In this document: positions 1-9,897 of the stretch, in pieces | Layout: each line of letters begins with the position of its first letter | How positions within the stretch are numbered: position 1 is the stretch's first letter | Origin: an uncultured bacterium | GTDB lineage: Bacteria > JAJVIF01 > JAPKYR01 | Length of the DNA stretch: 51,230 bases | Assembly: GCA_965369865.1 (NCBI GenBank) | Contig: CBDURU010000014.1 | Span: 1 to 51,230 of the forward strand | Reading direction: 5' to 3' | The notes under the pieces: generated by a model | Databases searched by the model: none | Told to the model about the DNA's origin: nothing | Seen by the model: only the letters and a program-made list of their open reading frames with translations | Translations under genes and position numbers: made by a program

Positions 1-28
1 TGGAACCCCACTATTTTCAACTATAAAA

Positions 29-55
29 GGGACAACCTCAAGAGATGTCCCCGAT
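29..55. repeat. Short GGGACA...TGTCCC(CGAT) palindrome, REP-like
   Basis: gggaca (29-34) and tgtccc (46-51) are inverted repeats; the right arm tgtccccgat is identical to the element ending at 2410. Confidence 0.45.
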
Positions 56-179
56 ATTGAAGTGATTCGTCGACAAGCACGTTCGACTCGAAGAATTTCA
101 AAGGCGTGCGGGATGAAGATGTCTCACTCAGCGTGTCGACGCCACGCGGCCCAATTAATTTTTATCTTACGGGATTGGT

Positions 180-641
180 CTAACGCGAAAATGTACCGAA
201 AATTTCCGCTTCTTCGACTATCTTTCCTTCCATGGCGGTACGGAGCTGGGTAGCGCTCGCGCCGTGGCCAAGGTTGAGGTTTTCGTTCAACGCGTACAGC
301 TTGAAGAAGTAGCGGTGGTCCGGTCCCGGCGGGGGATGAGGGCCATCGTACCCGACTTTCTTGAAGTCGTTCTTCCCCTGCTTCGCGTGCCCGAGTTTTT
401 CAAGTGTCTGCCATTTGGGTATGCCCGTATCGAGCCCTTCTTCCTGGGCGGATAAACCGTATAGCACCCAGTGCACCCATGTGCCGCCCGGTGCGTCGGG
501 GTCCTCGCAGATCAGCGCAAGTTCCACAATGCCCTGCGGAAGATCGTCCCATTTCAGAGACGGGCTAAGATTGTCGGCGGAGTAGGCATGTCTGTCGGGA
601 AGTCGTCCTTCCTGAGTGAAATCGTCGCTAATAATTTTCAT
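180..641 (-). CDS. YbhB/YbcL family Raf kinase inhibitor-like (PEBP) protein
   Basis: Motifs NLSPSLKW, EDPDAPGGTWVHW, YDGPHPPPG and HRYFFKLYAL; RBS aggagg upstream on the minus strand. Confidence 0.93.
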   Translation of the reverse strand: MKIISDDFTQEGRLPDRHAYSADNLSPSLKWDDLPQGIVELALICEDPDAPGGTWVHWVLYGLSAQEEGLDTGIPKWQTLEKLGHAKQGKNDFKKVGYDGPHPPPGPDHRYFFKLYALNENLNLGHGASATQLRTAMEGKIVEEAEIFGTFSR

Positions 642-745
642 CGTAATCCTCCTGGTCGGGAACTAAGGAGATTATACACGATTTTTGAGAAGTGATGCGC
701 GATATCATTTATCTAAGCTTGTCGATGGGTTAGAATATACCTGAC

Positions 746-2335
746 GTGACGCTTCTTAACGAATATTCCGAACAGTTTCGTGCCGCTTACTGGATGGTTG
801 GCTTACGGCTGGCCGTTATCCTGGTTCTGGCGTATTTGATCGGGCCGATTGTGGCGAAGCAGTTGAGAAGGAAGGAATCCGACCGAAAAAAAATCGGGGG
901 CAGTTTGAAGATCGGGGATGGGGACACAATCAGATTTTCGACTTCGACTCAGGGCGTGCCGGTGTTTTCTGTGAGGAACATGGTGTGGTTCACCGCGATC
1001 ATAGGTGTTATGGTCCTGTTCTCGGTCGGGATGGTGCGGCACCTGTCGTTTCATTCAAAAGCATGGGACCTCGCTATTTTCGACCAGGTAATATGGAATC
1101 TCGCTAACGGCAACGGATGGGAATGTTCCGTGAGAAATGTGCAGGACCTTCGTGGCGATCATTTCGAGCCAATCCTTTATCTTTTCGTGCCACTCTATAA
1201 AATTATTCCGCATGTTGGATGGCTGCTGGGTGTGCAGGCACTTGCCTTGGTTGGAACGGGAGTGCTGTTGTTCAACACGTACCGCGACAAAATCGGCGAG
1301 TTGCCATCCTGGTTGATATTTCTCGCGTTTTGTTTCTACCCGCCATTGCACTGGCTGTCGCTCGCGGATTTCCATCCAATCGCGCTGGCGCCATTTTTTA
1401 TCGCGCTTGGATGGATGGGTTCCAGGAAGGATAAATTATTGGTCCTGATTGCCGGGCTGATCGGGTTGGCGCTCTGCTCTGAAGAAGGCCTTATTGTCGC
1501 GGGATGGTGGGGTCTCTGGGAGTTTACGGATCGAGGTTACTGGAAGTTTCTTTTTAAAAATCAAACGGAAGCAGCGGAACGGCAAAACCTGAAAGCCTGG
1601 TTACTTCTGATAATGGCCATTCTGTTTTTGACGGTGTTTGTTTATCTTGCAGCATGGTATATCCCGGCGCATCGAGCTGAAGGGGAGGGGTATTTCTATG
1701 TCCATCGATACGCTTACCTTGGAGAATCGGTATCTGAAATCGCGAAAAATTTCTTTATAAAACCATGGCTCTGGATAACACACGCGCTCGATGGAAGAGG
1801 ATTGTCATTACTTGCGTTATATTTAGTTCCGCTTGCGTTGCTCCCGTTAAGACGTCCAAAGATACTTCTCCTTCTGTTGCCAACGGCACTTTACACACTT
1901 CTATCCGTAAGCCCGGAACAAAGATCGATTTTTCACCAGTACACGGCGATCTGGATTCCTTTCCTGTTTATCGCAGCGGCTGAGGCGATACCGCTGACTA
2001 AGAAAATTGCAGAACGTCTGGTGAAGATAAAAAAAAGCCCTGATTTACATAAGCTGGAACGGGCTTCGATTCTTGTAACAGCGTCGGTACTTGGATTCCT
2101 AGCGTTTTCCCCGCTGTTTGGACTGAGCATGCATCCGGAAATTTTTACACCAGAGGACTGGGCGGCAGAGGCAAAAGGGATTGTGGGTAGTGTCGGATCG
2201 GATGACGCGATATCGGCGCCATCGGCATTGTGTCCGCATTTGAGTCACAGGCGGGTTTTATTATTGAAACCGAACACGACATGGCCGACAAATGAGGAGC
2301 TGATAGTGCTTCCGGATTTCCCTCCGGGTGAATAA
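746..2335 (+). CDS. DUF2079-like polytopic membrane protein (putative GT-C-fold glycosyltransferase)
   Basis: DLAIFDQVIWN...GDHFEPIL and ADFHP motifs, many TM helices, C-terminal soluble PHLSHR; start codon uncertain. Confidence 0.8.
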   Translation: MTLLNEYSEQFRAAYWMVGLRLAVILVLAYLIGPIVAKQLRRKESDRKKIGGSLKIGDGDTIRFSTSTQGVPVFSVRNMVWFTAIIGVMVLFSVGMVRHLSFHSKAWDLAIFDQVIWNLANGNGWECSVRNVQDLRGDHFEPILYLFVPLYKIIPHVGWLLGVQALALVGTGVLLFNTYRDKIGELPSWLIFLAFCFYPPLHWLSLADFHPIALAPFFIALGWMGSRKDKLLVLIAGLIGLALCSEEGLIVAGWWGLWEFTDRGYWKFLFKNQTEAAERQNLKAWLLLIMAILFLTVFVYLAAWYIPAHRAEGEGYFYVHRYAYLGESVSEIAKNFFIKPWLWITHALDGRGLSLLALYLVPLALLPLRRPKILLLLLPTALYTLLSVSPEQRSIFHQYTAIWIPFLFIAAAEAIPLTKKIAERLVKIKKSPDLHKLERASILVTASVLGFLAFSPLFGLSMHPEIFTPEDWAAEAKGIVGSVGSDDAISAPSALCPHLSHRRVLLLKPNTTWPTNEELIVLPDFPPGE

Positions 2336-2367
2336 TGGGTGTTGAAAAAGTTAATTATTTTGTTTAG

Positions 2368-2407
2368 GGGGACACCTGCTTTTCGACGGGCGAAAAGAGG
2401 TGTCCCC
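2368..2407. repeat. 40-bp REP-like hairpin GGGGACACCT...AGGTGTCCCC
   Basis: ggggacacct/aggtgtcccc (10 bp) plus inner cttttcg/cgaaaag (7 bp), located between convergent genes. Confidence 0.7.
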
Positions 2408-2415
2408 GATCTCAG

Positions 2416-2441
2416 AAAAAAAAAGCGGCCCGAAGGCCGCT
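2416..2441 (-). terminator. Intrinsic terminator of the PKD lipoprotein gene
   Basis: Minus strand reads GCGGCC-TTCG-GGCCGC followed by 9 T, about 50 nt after the stop at 2491. Confidence 0.9.
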
Positions 2442-2490
2442 GTGATGTTTCAAAAATTAAAATTTTGAATTGGATATTGAATTGAATGTT

Positions 2491-5400
2491 TTACGAAATA
2501 TTCTTGAGAGCACGGCAGATGACTTTTCCGGTGTAGTCATTACCAAAGAAATTTTCATCCTCAAGCCCGTTCGTCGCCTGCATGAACGCGACCTCGTTTC
2601 CTTCCTCATCGATCCACTGGTAGTTGAGAAGATAGAAGGTCATGTAGCCGCCGGGGTCAGTATCGACGAAAGTCATATGGTGCCGAATCAGGATGCAGTT
2701 GAGGACCTCCAGGTTACCGTTGATCATGAAGATCGCGGGACCGGTCCCCAGTGTCGCCATATCCCAGCTTATATCGAAATTAATAACCCCAATTGAGCCC
2801 GATCCACTGCCGAAATCGATCCAGGGATGGCAGATGGGATGGGTTATCTCGAATGTATCATTGTATTGGTAAATCGTCCCGGCATGATACTGCCCCTCCA
2901 GGATAAGGTCACCGTTCTCAGCGTCAACAAAATCAAACTCATGCGGGCAATAAATATCCTGGCCCATCGTGGGAGCGTCCTCCTTGAAGAAGAAATCCGC
3001 GTTTGGCCAGGTGCTTTCTGCCAGGGCGGGAACACCCGGATCGGTCGGTAGCAGCCATTCGCAAATTGCGGGCGCGGATGGCGGAACGACGGTAAAATCC
3101 CATGGTCCGTTTGGAGCCTGATAATCGAGTCCATCCAGGTTGTCGATCGAGTTATTATAGTATTCGAATCCCCTTATACCGTAAAGATGATCGGCGGAAT
3201 TCCACTGATCGATAAGGTTCACGCAGAATGGATCGAGTCCGGTTACCGTAACCTGGAGCTTGGGATCGAGCACATCTTCTAGACCCCATTCATCCACAAC
3301 TTTCAGGCCGATGAAATGAATTCCAGGCTCGTAGAACTGGAAGAAAACCTGGTCCTGGTCCTGGATGTCAATCGGGTCATCGTAATCGTTGTTGCCGTCC
3401 ATATCCCAGTAGACATGGACGATATCACCGTTGCCATCATCATCAAGCGAAAGATTTGTGAACGTGACAGTTTCACCGACACTTACATCGGTCAGGTCGA
3501 CCTCGGCATCGGCAATCGGAGGGCCGTTCACTTCCACAAGGATTGGATCGTCAAGGTCGTCGACATTATTTGTCGAATCAGTGACCTGGTGCTGTACGTA
3601 ATAGTCGCCACCCTGGTAGTAAATATGAGTGGTGTCTTTGATGAACTTGTCATAAACGCCGTCACCATCGAGGTCCCATTCAAAATACACGATATCTCCC
3701 GGTCCGTCCGGATCGATGGAACAGTCGTAGAAATACACCAGTTCCTTGGTGCTGGGATGCGGATTATCGACATCGCCGCACGCGACAGGCATTTCTCCGG
3801 TTCCACCGCCAACTACTATTTCAAGCGGAACATCAAGCAGGTCTGAATTGTCAGCCGTATCTGTCACCCGAAGCTGGACTTTGTAAGTGCCAGCATCGAG
3901 ATACTGGATCTCGGGATTCTGAACGAATCCGCCCGGATTGAAACCGTCGATCGGATTAAACGAGAAATCCCATTCCCATTCGATGATGTCTTCGTTACCA
4001 TCGGGATCGGTGGAATCATCGAACAGAAACACTTTCTGGTTTTCTTCGGGTTCGTAATTATCCGCGTGAGCGGCAGCCGTGGGTTTCTGGTTGCCACTCA
4101 TTGAAACAGTGATGGTCAACGGATCATCGAGCATATCCGAGTTGTCATCGGTATCGGTTACCCGAAGCTGGACCTTGTAGGTGCCCTCAGTTGGATAGGC
4201 GATCTGTGGATTCTGCTCCTCGCTTCCAACCATGAATCCATCAATCGGGTCGAAAGAAAAGTCCCATTCCCACTCGATGATATCTTCATTTCCGTCCGGA
4301 TCGGTAGAGTCATCAAAGAAACTTACTGTCTGTCCGGGATTCGGGCTGTAAGCATCAGCGTGGGCCGCCGCGACAGGCGGTTCGTTAACCTGGACAACAA
4401 ATTCACCCACGGTGAGGATAATTAGCCGATACCCTGTCAGGTTGTAATTTAAATTATTTAAATTCTCAGAATCTTCCGCTGCAACAAGGCACATGTATTC
4501 ACCCTGCGCGGCGATTTTTTCGTTCTGGACCGTCACCTCATACGTGCTGTAACCGTCACCATCGGATGACCAGGCTGCCTCGGCAGTTCCATCAAATAAC
4601 TCGAAACATTCGACTGTTGGAGCCGGGTTTCCGCTCATTCCCTGGTGATCGTATACATCAATCCAGAGCCTGGTTTCGCCACCCTGGTCCGTAAGACCCT
4701 GGCCGATAGCTTCCTCGGTAATTTCAATTCTCCAGGGTTCCAGCGCATTCGCATCGGGCGGGAAATCTTCCATGGGGTCTTCAACCGGCTGATTGTCAGG
4801 TAAAGCCCACGAACAGTCCACCGCATAGCCGAAAACGAATCCGCCAATCTGGAACTTGAGTTCGTACTGGGTGGTTACAACTGAATCAACAAACAGTGCG
4901 TTACGAGTGTTCAGGGGACCGGGCGAGATATGCCGTTTGTAGCCGTTAAGAGTGGAATTCGGGAACGTCTCACTTCCAAACTTGCCCTTGTAATACCCAT
5001 AAAGGCCGCCGGGTCCGTTTCCAATGGTCGATGGGTTGAAGTTAGTGGTATGACCATCGGCATTAACCAGGGCACCCTCACCAAGAGCCATATTGGAGGT
5101 GATCAGGTCATCCTCAGACGTTGCGGCGAAAATCTTGCTGCCGGGGAACATCATAATTCCGCGAACATCGAATATAGTGAAATCCTTGCTTGTCAAAGGA
5201 TGCTGGATCTGGATGTCAATCAGCCAGGTATTATCGACCGTCGGTGTAATTCCAACGATCTTGAAACAATCCGAACACATTCCGGTCTCAAGGAACTTGA
5301 GGATATTAAGGTGCTCCTCAACATTCCTGAGAGGGATAATTTCGGCTGTGCCCTCTTCCGGGTTTAAAACAATATTCGTAAACAGGAGGAGTTGATGGCC

Positions 5401-5538
5401 GGAAGCCGGGGTTTCAGCCTGGGGGGCTAAGTCGGGCGTGACCGGACTGTCATTGCCGGTGGATCCACCGGAACAGGATACAGTCGCTATCAGTAACATG
5501 ACCAGTACGCCGATGTGCCAAAACAGGCGGTAATTCAT
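2491..5538 (-). CDS. PKD-repeat lipoprotein (4 PKD domains plus a unique C-terminal domain)
   Basis: Lipobox-like LIATVSC; four PKD-type repeats (DPDG..I..WEWDF...G.YKVQLRVTD); RBS ggagg upstream. Confidence 0.85.
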   Translation of the reverse strand: MNYRLFWHIGVLVMLLIATVSCSGGSTGNDSPVTPDLAPQAETPASGHQLLLFTNIVLNPEEGTAEIIPLRNVEEHLNILKFLETGMCSDCFKIVGITPTVDNTWLIDIQIQHPLTSKDFTIFDVRGIMMFPGSKIFAATSEDDLITSNMALGEGALVNADGHTTNFNPSTIGNGPGGLYGYYKGKFGSETFPNSTLNGYKRHISPGPLNTRNALFVDSVVTTQYELKFQIGGFVFGYAVDCSWALPDNQPVEDPMEDFPPDANALEPWRIEITEEAIGQGLTDQGGETRLWIDVYDHQGMSGNPAPTVECFELFDGTAEAAWSSDGDGYSTYEVTVQNEKIAAQGEYMCLVAAEDSENLNNLNYNLTGYRLIILTVGEFVVQVNEPPVAAAHADAYSPNPGQTVSFFDDSTDPDGNEDIIEWEWDFSFDPIDGFMVGSEEQNPQIAYPTEGTYKVQLRVTDTDDNSDMLDDPLTITVSMSGNQKPTAAAHADNYEPEENQKVFLFDDSTDPDGNEDIIEWEWDFSFNPIDGFNPGGFVQNPEIQYLDAGTYKVQLRVTDTADNSDLLDVPLEIVVGGGTGEMPVACGDVDNPHPSTKELVYFYDCSIDPDGPGDIVYFEWDLDGDGVYDKFIKDTTHIYYQGGDYYVQHQVTDSTNNVDDLDDPILVEVNGPPIADAEVDLTDVSVGETVTFTNLSLDDDGNGDIVHVYWDMDGNNDYDDPIDIQDQDQVFFQFYEPGIHFIGLKVVDEWGLEDVLDPKLQVTVTGLDPFCVNLIDQWNSADHLYGIRGFEYYNNSIDNLDGLDYQAPNGPWDFTVVPPSAPAICEWLLPTDPGVPALAESTWPNADFFFKEDAPTMGQDIYCPHEFDFVDAENGDLILEGQYHAGTIYQYNDTFEITHPICHPWIDFGSGSGSIGVINFDISWDMATLGTGPAIFMINGNLEVLNCILIRHHMTFVDTDPGGYMTFYLLNYQWIDEEGNEVAFMQATNGLEDENFFGNDYTGKVICRALKNIS

Positions 5539-5637
5539 ATGTGACCTCCATGGGGTATCTTGCAGGTTTGTGCCGGTACCTTATTGATAAAGGATTTACT
5601 TAATCCTGAATCTGTAAGTACCACTTAAATTAAATAT

Positions 5638-5665
5638 ACACTGGTTTTGATGATAAAACCAGTGT
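5638..5665. promoter_or_regulatory. Perfect 11-bp inverted repeat between the PKD genes (operator or hairpin)
   Basis: acactggtttt-gatgat-aaaaccagtgt. Confidence 0.45.
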
Positions 5666-5742
5666 GATTAATATGTATAAACATAAAATGCTAAGCGGTC
5701 AGTTTAAATCCGGCAACGGTTCGGATCGGTGTACCGGGAGAG

Positions 5743-8700
5743 TTAATCATCAAAACCACCGGATTCTCCCTCCCCGGGATGGTTAAAGATGCTTATGGGG
5801 ATGAGGATATCCAGTGTGTCCGTAGCGCCGTCGTTATCTGTAACCCTGAGATTTACAAGGTACTCCCCAGGCTCGTCGTATACTGCATGGGGTTTCGATT
5901 CCGATCCGCCGACATACGGGTCTCCGAAAATTCCGTCACCGTCGAAATCCCAATCCCATGAAACGATGTAACCATCAGGATCGTAGGAATGATGGCCCCT
6001 GAATATAAGTTGCTGGCCGGTCCAGGCCCAATTTTTATTTACACTGGCAACCGCGACCGGATCCTGGTTCGGGTAATTCCCGACGTTAATCTGAAGCATT
6101 ACATCAAGCTCGTCAGAAAGGCCGTATGCGTCGATAACTTTCAGGCCGATATTGTACAGGCCGGGCGAGTCGAAGTTGACGATAACCTGATCCTGGTTCT
6201 GGACATCCTCCGGATCGTAATATAAGCCATTGCCGTTCAGGTCCCATAAAACTTCCACGATGGGGCCATTTCCGTCAGGATCGATTGAAAGGTTTGTAAG
6301 GGTTATATCCTCTCCCACGTCCACTACGGTTTTATCGGCAACAGCCTGGGCTACCGGAGGCGCGTTCACTTCAACAAAAATCGGGATGTCGAGAATATCC
6401 GAGTTGCCGGTAGAATCGGTCACCCTGTGCTGGACATAAATATCGCCGCCGGAATAGTAGACGTGAGCCGGGTTCTTGGCGGCAGTTTCAAAAATCCCGT
6501 CACCATCAAGGTCCCACTCGAAAGTGATAATATCCATCATACCGTCCGGATCATATGAACAATCGTAGAATTGAACGAGAGTGCCGACATTCGGGTGATT
6601 ATTTAACACGTATCCGCAGGCTACCGGTGGATCGTTAGGATTGGGGCCGTGCACTGTAATAACCAGTGGATAATCAAGTATATCGAAATTGCCAATCGAA
6701 TCCGTTACACGGAGCTGGACCATGTAAGTGCCTTCATATGTGTACTGTACCTGCGGGTTAGGAATGTAACTGCCGGGATTGAACCCATCCACGGGATCGA
6801 ATGAAAAATCCCATTCCCACATGACAATATCGGGGTAACCATCGGGATCGAAGGAATCATCGAAGAAGCTTACAACCTCGTTGATGTCAATGTCGTATGT
6901 ATCGGCATGCGCGGCCGCGGTGGGCGGCTGGTTATCATATGAATTAACAACGATTGTCAGCGGTACATCCAGCATGTCGGAGTTATTCGCGGTATCCGTA
7001 ACCCTTAGCTGGACCTTATATACCCCGCCCGCCACATATTGCACCTGTGGATTTTTAACAAAACTTCCAGGCAGGAACCCGTCGACCGGGTCGAACGAGA
7101 AATCCCATTCCCAGGAAACGATATCCGAGTTTCCATCGGGATCGGTGGAGTCATCGAAGAAACTGACAGTCTGGTTGATCTCGATTTCAGAGACGTCTGA
7201 ATGCGCGGCCGCGGTCGGGGCCTGATTATCCTGGGTAGTGACCAGAATAGTCAGGGGTTCATCAAGCATATCGTTATTGCCCGCAGTATCGGTGACCCGA
7301 AGCTGGACCAGGTAGGTTCCGGCGGTATCGAATTCCACTTGCGGATTGGCTTCGAAACTTCCCGGCAGGAAACCATCGACCGGATCGAATGAGAAATCCC
7401 ATTCCCAATCGACAATATCTTCGTAGCCGTCCGGATCGGTCGAGTCGTCAAAGAAACTGACAAACCCGTTGACCTCGATTTCGTAAAGGTCGGCATGAGC
7501 CGCGGCGGTAGGTTTTTCGTTACCGTCAGCAATCACGGTAATTGTTAAAAGTTCATCGAGTGTATCGGAATTACCATGACTGTCGGTTACCCGGAGCTGG
7601 ACCATGTAAATACCTTCGGATGTATATTCAATCTCTGGATTCTTTAGAACACTGCCGATCATGAAACCATCGACCGGGTCGTAGGAGAAATCCCATTCCC
7701 ATTTAATAATGTCTTCATTTCCGTCCGGATCGGTAGAATCATCGAAGAAACTCACGGTTTGTCCGGGATCCGGGGTGTAAGAATCGGCGTGAGCTGCGGC
7801 GATCGGGGGATTGTTGGCCTGTACGGAAAACTCGGCTACAGTTACATTAATTATCTGGTAACCGGTAAGGTCATAATATGAGTAGTTCCCATATTCAGTG
7901 TCCCGTACAGCAATAAGACACATGTAGTCTCCCTCTGGCGCCAGTTTACCGTTCTGGATCGTAACCTCGAAAGTGCTGTGATCTTCATTGTCGGAGAATA
8001 ATACGGATGTAACAAGCCCGTCAAAAAGTTCATAGCATTCAACAGTCGGGGCAAAATGGCTTTCCCTGCCTTGGTGATCGTAGACATCGATAAACAGCTT
8101 TAACGCACCACCCTGATCTGTCAGACCCTGGTCCACGGCTTCCTGTGCGACCTCAATTTTCCATGGTTCGAGCGCATTCGCGTCAGGAGGGAAATCCACC
8201 ATCGGGTCCTGTACCGGCTGAGTAAGCGGCGGCGCCCAGGAGCAATCGACAGCGTACCCGAACACAAAACCACCAGTCGAGAATTTAAGTTCATACTGAG
8301 CTTCGGCATATGTGGCGGCATATAAAGCGTTGCGCGTGTTCTCAGGGCCGGGCGATATGTGCCGTTTAAACCCGTTAAGGTTACTATTCGGCCAGGCATC
8401 GCTGGCCCATTTAGCCTTTTCATACCCGAATATCCCACCGGGACCGTTTCCATAAGTAGCCGGGTTAAAAAGCGTGGTATACCCGTCCGGATTCATCAGG
8501 GCGCCTTCACCCAGCGATGGGTTCGATGTGAAGAGGAAATTCTCGTAAGAAGCCGGGAACACCTTGCTGCCCTGGAATATCATAATTCCGCGAACGTCGA
8601 AAATTGTAAAGTCCGGTGAGGTCAGCGGGTGTTGGACCTGGACATCGATCAGGTAGGTGCCATCGATTGTTGGTTCGGACCCAACTACCTTAAAGCAGGT

Positions 8701-8967
8701 AGTGCAAATTCCATTCTCAAGGAATCGAATTATATTCAGGTGTTCGGCGACCTGGCGAACCGGGACAACCTCAAAAACGTCCTCTTCAGGATTGACATAG
8801 ATGTTATAGTAAAATAACAGGTAATTATTTGGTGCTTCGACCACGGTTTGTGGTGAAAGGCCTGGAATTATCGGGTTAACCTGTCTGGAAGAACCACCGG
8901 AACAGGAAACCAATGCGGCCAGCATTAATACAGTCATGCCGACTAGAAGTATCTGACGGGATATCAT
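5743..8967 (-). CDS. PKD-repeat lipoprotein (7 PKD domains), paralog of 2491..5538
   Basis: Lipobox-like LAALVSC; same ~360-aa N-terminal domain (HLNI..FLE.G.C..CFK, HPLTS.DFTIFDVRGIM); seven PKD repeats; RBS ggagg. Confidence 0.85.
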   Translation of the reverse strand: MISRQILLVGMTVLMLAALVSCSGGSSRQVNPIIPGLSPQTVVEAPNNYLLFYYNIYVNPEEDVFEVVPVRQVAEHLNIIRFLENGICTTCFKVVGSEPTIDGTYLIDVQVQHPLTSPDFTIFDVRGIMIFQGSKVFPASYENFLFTSNPSLGEGALMNPDGYTTLFNPATYGNGPGGIFGYEKAKWASDAWPNSNLNGFKRHISPGPENTRNALYAATYAEAQYELKFSTGGFVFGYAVDCSWAPPLTQPVQDPMVDFPPDANALEPWKIEVAQEAVDQGLTDQGGALKLFIDVYDHQGRESHFAPTVECYELFDGLVTSVLFSDNEDHSTFEVTIQNGKLAPEGDYMCLIAVRDTEYGNYSYYDLTGYQIINVTVAEFSVQANNPPIAAAHADSYTPDPGQTVSFFDDSTDPDGNEDIIKWEWDFSYDPVDGFMIGSVLKNPEIEYTSEGIYMVQLRVTDSHGNSDTLDELLTITVIADGNEKPTAAAHADLYEIEVNGFVSFFDDSTDPDGYEDIVDWEWDFSFDPVDGFLPGSFEANPQVEFDTAGTYLVQLRVTDTAGNNDMLDEPLTILVTTQDNQAPTAAAHSDVSEIEINQTVSFFDDSTDPDGNSDIVSWEWDFSFDPVDGFLPGSFVKNPQVQYVAGGVYKVQLRVTDTANNSDMLDVPLTIVVNSYDNQPPTAAAHADTYDIDINEVVSFFDDSFDPDGYPDIVMWEWDFSFDPVDGFNPGSYIPNPQVQYTYEGTYMVQLRVTDSIGNFDILDYPLVITVHGPNPNDPPVACGYVLNNHPNVGTLVQFYDCSYDPDGMMDIITFEWDLDGDGIFETAAKNPAHVYYSGGDIYVQHRVTDSTGNSDILDIPIFVEVNAPPVAQAVADKTVVDVGEDITLTNLSIDPDGNGPIVEVLWDLNGNGLYYDPEDVQNQDQVIVNFDSPGLYNIGLKVIDAYGLSDELDVMLQINVGNYPNQDPVAVASVNKNWAWTGQQLIFRGHHSYDPDGYIVSWDWDFDGDGIFGDPYVGGSESKPHAVYDEPGEYLVNLRVTDNDGATDTLDILIPISIFNHPGEGESGGFDD

Positions 8968-9372
8968 ACATAACCTCCGGTTTGTATTACCTAAATCTTA
9001 AAACTCGCCCTATCGAAAAACCAAGTCCCTCTAAGCTCTGGAATATATCGTATAGATATATTATATCTTAAGTCAAATACAATTATATTGCAAGAGAACT
9101 TAATATGGTTTCACATAGGAAATCCAATCGGCATTCAGTTGTCCTCTTCCAACAAGTTTAGAGTAAATTTCTCTTGAATTTAATACGTTCCGGCTGGTTC
9201 GGCAATTGAATTTCCGGCATTTTTACGATCCTCCATAGCATCTAAATGAATACCGATTTGACCAATTGGCCCTTTTATCGTAAATTAGTAACCTGGATAC
9301 GGGTCGTTAGCCTTTATCCTCGCATACATATTTAATTCGACCTTTTAGCGGATATCTCTCGGAGGTTACAAA

Positions 9373-9897
9373 ATGAAGTGGCTTGCTTTACCTCGCTATG
9401 TCTTATTTGGGCTTATCGCGTTATTTATTGGATACGGATGTTCAAACGGCTCAAGTTCGCCAACAACTCCCGGTGCCGGCGAGTTACCCAGAGATCCCGC
9501 CGGTGGCACAATATTCCTTGGGCAGTTTGAACAATCGGGGGGTGAACTGGTTGTCCCGGTCCGGTTCAGGGATGCGGTCGATCTGTACGCCATGAGCTTC
9601 CGGATCGGGTTCGATCCATCCGGGCTTGAACCACTCAGGGTTGAGTGGGGATCGAGGGTCGAGGGTGAGGATTCGACATTCTGCCTGATGGACCGTCCGG
9701 ATTTTATCCCCATGGCTTTCACCAGGTTTTCGATTGGCCGCGGACTTGATGGTGAAGGCACTTTATGCATGCTGCGGTTCCGGATTATGAACCACGATCG
9801 CGCCGCACCATGGATAATCAATAACCCCGAATTCCTGGTCGCACGAAATTCGCTCGGAGAACGTCTCACCCTTAAAGTCGGGGGTGATTCACAATGA
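9373..9897 (+). CDS. Lipoprotein with a cohesin-like domain
   Basis: Lipobox-like FIGYGC and S/T/P linker; VVPV...LYAMSFRIGFDPSGL...V..G...GEGTLCMLRF pattern typical of cohesin folds; RBS ggagg. Confidence 0.7.
   Translation: MKWLALPRYVLFGLIALFIGYGCSNGSSSPTTPGAGELPRDPAGGTIFLGQFEQSGGELVVPVRFRDAVDLYAMSFRIGFDPSGLEPLRVEWGSRVEGEDSTFCLMDRPDFIPMAFTRFSIGRGLDGEGTLCMLRFRIMNHDRAAPWIINNPEFLVARNSLGERLTLKVGGDSQ

Noticed and set aside
62..253. Small + strand ORF
   Set aside because: Overlaps the PEBP gene end and palindromic DNA; no RBS or motif
3780..7830. CRISPR-like or mobile repeats (recurring cccattccca, cggagctggacc)
   Set aside because: These are coding repeats of PKD domains (WEWDF, VQLRVTD) at about 300-bp period
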